DNA from: Octopus bimaculoides
Lineage: Eukaryota
Assembly (NCBI RefSeq): GCF_001194135.2
Contig: NC_068987.1
Span: 7,551,990 to 7,593,453, forward strand
Length of the DNA: 41,464 nucleotides
Direction of reading: 5' to 3'
Of this stretch, positions 34,307-41,464 are shown piece after piece. A model generated the notes under the pieces. That model saw only the letters and a program-made list of their open reading frames with translations. It did not search any database and was not told the origin of the DNA. The position numbers and the translations under genes are program-made. Position 1 is the first letter of the stretch; every line of letters starts with the position of its first letter.

Positions 34307-34625
34307 AATATACACATATATACATATGCACACATATATATACTCATATATATATATATATATATATGATGATAATATTAGGGATAAAAATCCAAATTTA
34401 CAGGTAAAAATTCAATTTAATTTAATTTATCAAAATTAAAATTAAATTACTTATTGAATACTTATTGATCAGCCCTTGTATANNNNNNNNNNNNNNNNNN
34501 NNNNNNNNNNNNNNNNNNNNNNNNNNNNNNNNNNNNNNNNNNNNNNNNNNNNNNNNNNNNNNNNNNNNNNNNNNNNNNNNNNNNNNNNNNNNNNNNNNNN
34601 NNNNNNNNNNNNNNNNNNNNNNNNN

Positions 34626-34678
<53 letters not shown>

Positions 34679-34751
34679 TACATACAAGAATCGAAACCAT
34701 GATATTAGATCATGAGTCTAATACCCTAACCACTAAGCCACGCACTTTCAC

Positions 34752-35200
34752 ATGAAAGAAGGGGCCAGGAGCAGAGCAGGGTTTCTTGTTGTAGGGTGCT
34801 CCATGTCAACTCACATTTTAGAAGAGAAGGCAGGTTTGATCAGATTAGGGTTGGACAAGGTGAGTGGAAGTGAGGGGAGAGAAAGGAAGCTGGAGTGTGG
34901 GGGGATGAGCAGAGAGCGCAAGGGAGTATGGGACAGTGGAAGACAGGGAATGGGTGAAGGGGAAAGGAGGTAGATAACAACTGTTTGGATTGAAGGGTGG
35001 ATGTAGTGAATAAGTTGAGGGTGGAGGGTATGAGTAGAAAGAAGCAGGAGCAGGAGATGACTGACAGTGCAGGAAAAAAGAAGGTGAGAGCAGCAGAATG
35101 GTAATGATAATGCAATTGACAGGAGAATTATGAGAGAAATGAAATGTGGCTGGGTATGTTACAGGAGCATGTGAGTGAAGGGAGACAGAGAGAAGCATGA
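34752..35200 (-). mobile_element. Purine-rich repeat remnant, likely a Penelope-like 3' region; inverted homologue of 38230-38900
   Basis: The reverse complement shares ATTCACTACATCCAC, CCACTCACCTT and CATGGAGC..CAAGAAAC..TCTGCT with 38230-38900. Confidence 0.55.
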
Positions 35201-35214
35201 GGACAGTGAGAGAT

Positions 35215-36341
35215 GTATACATACATACATGTGTATGTGTGCACATGCATGTGAGCGTGTGTGTGTGTATACATACATTACACACACACTCTATATGTCT
35301 CTCCGCAGACACACAAAGTTGCATACATGTGTGTATGTGTGTGTTTGTGTGTGTGTGCATGCGCATGTGTGTGTGTGCATGCGCATGTGTGTGTGTGTGT
35401 CGGTTCTGAAGTGATCCTCCCATACAGGATCAAAGCAGATCATGATATTAACATAAAAATAAAATTACATTTTTTCCTAAAATTTCTTAAATTAGGTGGA
35501 ATTCATTTCTGGCGCTTTATTAAAACTGTCAATAACTGCGTTATGCAAATTAAAATTTCATGTTTAAACTAATTTAAAGGAGTGAAAAAAAAAAGACTCT
35601 TTTTGTTCATATGTGTTTTGAAATTTATTAATATATAATTTTATTCATGTATGAACAGGCATGGCTGTGATTAAGAAGCTTACTTTGTAATCATATGCTT
35701 TCAGGTTCAATCTCATTGTAAAGCAACTCGGGCAAGTGGCTTCTACTATAGCCCCAGGCTGATCAGTCTTCTAAGTGGGTAGATGAAAACTTGGTGGAAG
35801 CCCACTGTGTGTGTGTGTATGTGCATGTGAATGTGTGTGCGTGTGTGCATCTATGAATGCATGTGTGTGTATGTGTGTGCATACATGTCCGTGTATGTAT
35901 GTGTGCATGCATGTGTGCANNNNNNNNNNNNNNNNNNNNNNNNNNNNNNNNNNNNNNNNNNNNNNNNNNNNNNNNNNNNNNNNNNNNNNNNNNNNNNNNN
36001 NNNNNNNNNNNNNNNNNNNNNNNNNNNNNNNNNNNNNNNNNNNNNNNNNNNNNNNNNNNNNNNNNNNNNNNNNNNNNNNNNNNNNNNNNNNNNNNNNNNN
36101 NNNNNNNNNNNNNNNNNNNNNNNNNNNNNNNNNNNNNNNNGTGCATGTGAATGTGTGTGCGTGTGTGCATCTATGAATGCATGTGTGTGTATGTGTGTGC
36201 ATACATGTCCGTGTATGTATGTGTGCATGCATGTGTGCATACATGTGTGTATGTGTGTGTACATACATGTGTGCATGCAGGCAAGTGTGTGTGCATGTGT
36301 GCAAGTGTGTATGTGTGTATGTGTGCATGCTTGTAAGTGTA

Positions 36342-36378
<37 letters not shown>
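35215..36378. repeat. (TG/CA)-based microsatellite arrays with an embedded family C SINE half (35655-35815)
   Basis: Directly visible. SINE shows GGGCAAGTGGCTTCTACTATAGCCCCAGG. Confidence 0.88.
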
Positions 36379-36380
<2 letters not shown>

Positions 36381-37672
36381 CAAGGCACAGGATTGCTTTG
36401 GTCATGGGTTCAATCCCACTACACTGCACAGTCGATAACTGTCTTCTTCTATGGCCCTCAGATGGACCAAGACCTTGTGAATAAAACGGTCGGACTGCAA
36501 CACAAATGGAAGCTCATTGCATTTCAAAACCGTAGCTGGCACTTGCATGAGAGAGAGCCATGATTCTGTTAATTGCTGAAGGGACCACCTATGTAGTGGT
36601 GAGAAGGCACAGGCAGCTTCTAATCTGTCCCATGTTTGACCTGGAGCATCGAGGTTGTGACAACTGGTGGCAGGCAGGGCTGCAATCAATCGTCAGTTGC
36701 TACTAATTCATGCGGAATCAAGACCACCATTTTAGAATTGGGAGTTCAATATTGTAATCTCATGACCAGTAGGTCATGGGNNNNNNNNNNNNNNNNNNNN
36801 NNNNNNNNNNNNNNNNNNNNNNNNNNNNNNNNNNNNNNNNNNNNNNNNNNNNNNNNNNNNNNNNNNNNNNNNNNNNNNNNNNNNNNNNNNNNNNNNNNNN
36901 NNNNNNNNNNNNNNNNNNNNNNNNNNNNNNNNNNNNNNNNNNNNNNNNNNNNNNNNNNNNNNNNNNNNNNNNNNNNNNNNNNNNNNNNNNNNNNNNNNNN
37001 NNNNNNNNNNNNNNNNNNNNNNNNNNNNNNNNNNNNNNNNNNNNNNNNNNNNNNNNNNNNNNNNNNNNNNNNNNNNNNNNNNNNNNNNNNNNNNNNNNNN
37101 NNNNNNNNNNNNNNNNNNNNNNNNNNNNNNNNNNNNNNNNNNNNNNNNNNNNNNNNNNNNNNNNNNNNNNNNNNNNNNNNNNNNNNNNNNNNNNNNNNNN
37201 NNNNNNNNNNNNNNNNNNNNNNNNNNNNNNNNNNNNNNNNNNNNNNNNNNNNNNNNNNNNNNNNNNNNNNNNNNNNNNNNNNNNNNNNNNNNNNNNNNNN
37301 NNNNNNNNNNNNNNNNNNNNNNNNNNNNNNNNNNNNNNNNNNNNNNNNNNNNNNNNNNNNNNNNNNNNNNNNNNNNNNNNNNNNNNNNNNNNNNNNNNNN
37401 NNNNNNNNNNNNNNNNNNNNNNNNNNNNNNNNNNNNNNNNNNNNNNNNNNNNNNNNNNNNNNNNNNNNNNNNNNNNNNNNNNNNNNNNNNNNNNNNNNNN
37501 NNNNNNNNNNNNNNNNNNNNNNNNNNNNNNNNNNNNNNNNNNNNNNNNNNNNNNNNNNNNNNNNNNNNNNNNNNNNNNNNNNNNNNNNNNNNNNNNNNNN
37601 NNNNNNNNNNNNNNNNNNNNNNNNNNNNNNNNNNNNNNNCCATTGCAAATAAACACCAGCAGCTAAATGGAA

Positions 37673-37714
<42 letters not shown>

Positions 37715-37829
37715 AGCCCCATCATCGATATAAATAAAAGCAATAAATATCGAGGTTAATTTCTACAGTGTTTATTTTCCTCGTTTATTGGGTAAAAATT
37801 AATTCCAGTGTCAAATGGAACAACACAGT

Positions 37830-38050
37830 CTTTGATTCAGTGCCGAGATAACTGTCGAAACAGAGTTGAAAATTGGATTTTATCAAAAGATGGAAAGAAC
37901 AAGGTGAGCTTTCGAAGGAGGAGGTAGAAATGAGTGCACTCTTCAGAGATGGAGAACGGTTTTAGTGTTGGATGGTTGTTGAGAGGATGATGGATGCAGA
38001 GATGATGTGTGTTAGGAATGCATGGTATAATTTCCAAAGTAGCAGAGAAT
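37830..38050 (-). pseudogene. Possible decayed Penelope-like RT/GIY-YIG linker fragment
   Basis: Minus frames give LNNHPTLKPF and NRSPSLKSALI, reminiscent of the PLE pattern L..DP.L+..F..P..A+RR..NL+D.LV. Weak. Confidence 0.3.
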
Positions 38051-38229
38051 GGAAAATATCAATATTCAATATTTCTTTTATGAAATTTATTTTCACCGCT
38101 GCCGTCGCTGCCGCTGCTCCGCACCNNNNNNNNNNNNNNNNNNNNNNNNNNNNNNNNNNNNNNNNNNNNNNNNNNNNNNNNNNNNNNNNNNNNNNNNNNN
38201 NNNNNNNNNNNNNNNNNNNNNNNNNCCAT

Positions 38230-38900
38230 CTTCCTTAACACTGTCCACTCACCTTTCACATTGATCATCTCCACCGCCATCACCGCCAAGCCACCAAATA
38301 ATCTTTCTCCAGCACCATATATTTCTCACTTACACCTCATGCCCTGCACCTGCCTCTCTTTCTTTCTCTTCAATGCTCTTGCAGCTTACCCAACCACATA
38401 TCATTTCTCCCTATCTCATCCTTCTCACATTAACTGTCTCATCATTAGCCTTCTGCTGATCTCCACCACCACTTCACTCCTTTCTGCACTGCACTACCTC
38501 CCCACCAACTCATATGCATCATTGGTCACCCCCGCCCCTTATCCACCATTCACTACATCCACTCCTCAACCTTATCCAATCTTTGCAGTTGTCACCTACT
38601 CTACCCTACTTCCCCTACTTATCATCTCTCAACACTTGGTCTTCATTCAATATATTCTCACACACCCTCACCCATTCCCCATCTCCCACTCCCCCCACAC
38701 ACTCTTGCAAACCTCATCCCACCCACACTCTTAGTCCTCATTTTTATTCATTTTTACTCTCCTCATACCTTGAGCATCCAGCTAAGCACCTCATCATCAC
38801 TATTTTTATCTCTTCTCACCTCCACCCTCTCTTTTCATAGGTGAGTAACCATGGAGCTTCTCTTCAGCAAGAAACTCATTCTGCTTTAGACCCTTCCCTT
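38230..38900 (+). mobile_element. Pyrimidine-rich repeat remnant, likely a Penelope-like 3' region
   Basis: Homologous in inverse orientation to 34752-35200. Confidence 0.55.
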
Positions 38901-38954
38901 ATATTTTAACACCTCATTTCCAAGCACAAAGCTACTTCCCCCTCAGGGTTTATA

Positions 38955-39830
38955 TTCTTGTAAGCTGCACAGCAACCTCACTTGTGCTGGTGCCATAAAA
39001 AAATCCTTAGGGCATGCTGTACTTGTTGGCGTTAGAAAGACATCCGACCATAGACATGATGGCAAAGCAGACAGAGGAGCAAATGGACGAGCTGGAACTT
39101 GTCAAGCCATCCAACCCATGCTAGCACAGAACATAGGCATTAAATGTCATCAGCAGCAGCAGCCACAGTAGCAGCAACAGTAGCAGCATCACCCCCACCA
39201 TACAAATATCATCACCCTACTACCCACCACCACCACCACCATCACCACCACAAGCATATGCTGTTGCTTCTACTGTGGCTGCTGCTGATGATGATGATGG
39301 GGTTGATGTTGATGGTGGGGGATGAGTGGATGAGTGGTAATGATGATTATGGTGATGATGATGATGATGATAACAGTGGTGGTGGAGTGATGGTGATGAC
39401 AATAATGATGATGATGACGATGAAAATGGTTGAAGTGGGAGTGATGGTGGTGGAGTGATAACAACAATGATAATGAGATGATGTTGATGTTGATGGTGGA
39501 GACGGTGGCGGTGGTGGTGGTAGTGGTGGTGGTAGTAGTGGCGGCGGTGATGATGGTGACAGAGTGATGATAACAATGATGGTGATGATGATGATGATGG
39601 TGGTGGTGGTGATGGAGTGATGATGACAATGATGGTGATGATGATGGTGGTGGTGGTCGTGGTGACAGTGATGGTGATGGAGTGATGATAACAATGATGA
39701 TGATGGTGGTGGTGGTGGAGTGATGACAATGATGATGATGATGCTAATGGTAGTGGCGGTAGTGATGATGGCAGAGAGATGATGACGACGACGATGACGA
39801 CAATGATGATAATGATGATAGCAGTGATCA
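38955..39830 (+). repeat. Family D tail (38955-39146) running into a long (CAC/GAT/GGT)n mosaic
   Basis: GTTGGCGTTAGAAAGACATCC..CCATCCAACCCATGCTAGCA, then trinucleotide arrays. Confidence 0.85.
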
Positions 39831-40297
39831 TCTATAGAATTTTAGAGAATGAATGGCTATTTCTAGAACGTAAGAGCAGAAACTATCAATAATGCCACAA
39901 AGAAACAAGTCATTGTAGTTTGGTGCACATCAAAGAACGGCGCCTGACAGCAGAGGAGACACAAGGTCAGATAGTAAATATATAGACGTAAAAATCTGCC
40001 AGCCTCTCCCTCCCCNNNNNNNNNNNNNNNNNNNNNNNNNNNNNNNNNNNNGCGGCTCAAAATGAGTGATGCTAATTCTTCGTTTCATGGTATTAATCCT
40101 ATAATACCCAGCGTTAATAATTCTTGATGCTTCCAATAGAATAGGCTGTTGGGAAAAGGAAATGACACAATTGAAAGCTTTGACAAGCTCTAAGGATTCG
40201 GTTTTGTTGGAACAATATGTTTATTGCAGGCAACCAATTACAAGACCTGGCAGTTGCTGCTGTGGAATTATTGACAACTCAAAATGTATCTTTGGTC

Positions 40298-40785
40298 TGT
40301 GTGTGTGTCTGCATGTGTGTGTGTTTTTGTATGTGTGTTTGTGTATGTATGTGTGCATGTGTATTAGTGTGTGTGTGCACATGTGTGTGTGTTTTTGTAT
40401 GTGTGCTTGTGTATGTATGCATGCATTTGTGGGTATGTATGCATGTGTGTTAGTGTGTGTGTGTGTGTATGCATGCATGTGTTTGCGTGTGTATGCTTGC
40501 ATGTGTGTGTGTGTGTGTGTATACATGCATGTGTGTGCATGTTTGTGTGTACATATGCATGCGTTTGTGTGCATGCATGAATGTGTGGGTGTTTGTACAT
40601 GTGTATGCATGCATATGTGTGTGTTTGTGTGTGTATGCATGTGTGTGTTTGTGTATGTATGTGTGCATGGGTGTGCACTTGTGTATGCATGCATGTGTGT
40701 GTGCATGGGTGTGCACTTGCGTATGCATGCATGTATGTGTGCATGGTGTGTGTGTGTGACTATGTGTGTGTAATGTGTATGTCTC
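40298..40785. repeat. Degenerate (TG/TGCA)n array
   Basis: Directly visible. Confidence 0.93.
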
Positions 40786-41190
40786 AGAAGATTTAACTTC
40801 GTTTTTTTACAGCGAACATTCTCCTCCCTACATTTAAATAAGCTGAAAGCCAGATGTGTGATTGTTTTTCTCTTTCTTATTCCCCAGTGCAGCATATTGA
40901 TATCACGGGTCAGAGGTGGCAAACATGCCTGGCTTTACAGGCCAGATTGAAGTATAAAGTAGATGCCACTGACCGGATACAGACAACTGTTGCTAAATAC
41001 CCTTTTCATAACATCGGCCAAAGTAAACGGATGGCAGAGTCAATGGACATTGCAACATCTTTATTAATAATAAAGGAAAGAATATGACACGTTAGCAAAG
41101 TTTGAATGCCAAGATGGATGAGATGTGTATATATACATGTATATATATAAATATATATATATATATACATGTATATATATNNNNNNNNNN

Positions 41191-41350
41191 AGAGTTTCTA
41201 CAGCTGGATGCCCTTCCTAATGTCAACCACTCCGTGAGTGTAGTGGGTGCTTTTACGTGCCACAGGCATGAGGGCCAGTCTGGCAGTACTGGCAGTGACC
41301 ACGCTTGAATGTTGTTTTTCTTGTACCACCGGTACATGTGCCAGTAAGGC
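41191..41350 (-). mobile_element. Family D element fragment
   Basis: TTTCTACAGCTGGATGCCCTTCCTAATGTCAACCACTCC..GTAGTGGGTGCTTTTACGTGCCAC. Confidence 0.85.
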
Positions 41351-41360
41351 GACACTGACA

Positions 41361-41415
<55 letters not shown>

Positions 41416-41464
41416 CAGATGTTCAGGTGCAATAAAGACTGTAAACAAACAGGAAACAACTTCT

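Noticed and set aside
35821-36239. Identical 99-bp copies on either side of the gap (35821-35919, 36141-36239)
   Set aside because: Most likely an unmerged contig overlap (assembly artefact) rather than a real duplication.
37850-37912. 63-nt exon candidate with AAG|gtgagc donor
   Set aside because: It lies inside a likely Penelope-derived remnant with a weak acceptor, and two frames are equally open.
40885-41087. Strong acceptor plus 66-codon frame VQHIDITGQRW...ERI*
   Set aside because: Contains CAGAGGTGGCAAAC..GGCCAGAT, resembling a hAT/MITE terminus, and no protein family is recognised. Not excluded, but unsupported.

Overview
AT-rich, microsatellite-dense eukaryotic genomic DNA with about 4 kb of N gaps in 13 blocks. 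The tRNA-derived SINE families and repeat load suggest a cephalopod, probably Octopus (inferred from recalled repeat families, not a database search). Most of the window is intronic or intergenic and tiled by four modular SINE-like families (labelled A-D here), Helentron-associated elements, Penelope-like remnants, and decayed Tigger/pogo and Gypsy coding fragments. No complete gene is visible, and nearly all long ORFs in the track are artefacts of N runs or simple repeats. The best coding hypothesis is the 5' part of a + strand gene for a secreted or membrane protein. It has a promoter-like GC/CCAAT cluster (~5750-5785), a signal-peptide exon (5873-6023), a frame-preserving 12-nt microexon (17540-17551) and a 98-nt exon (19660-19757), which splice in phase to ...QKYPRGADGPVMNAGIINSEDNGKIYQELVSLLYNITKHENL. 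Other notable items are a 242-bp near-perfect hairpin just upstream of the microexon, a minimal Penelope-type hammerhead motif (24497-24530), a possible nested antisense exon (18565-18768) and an apparent CpG-depletion gradient. I see no evidence of a large novel multi-gene system.
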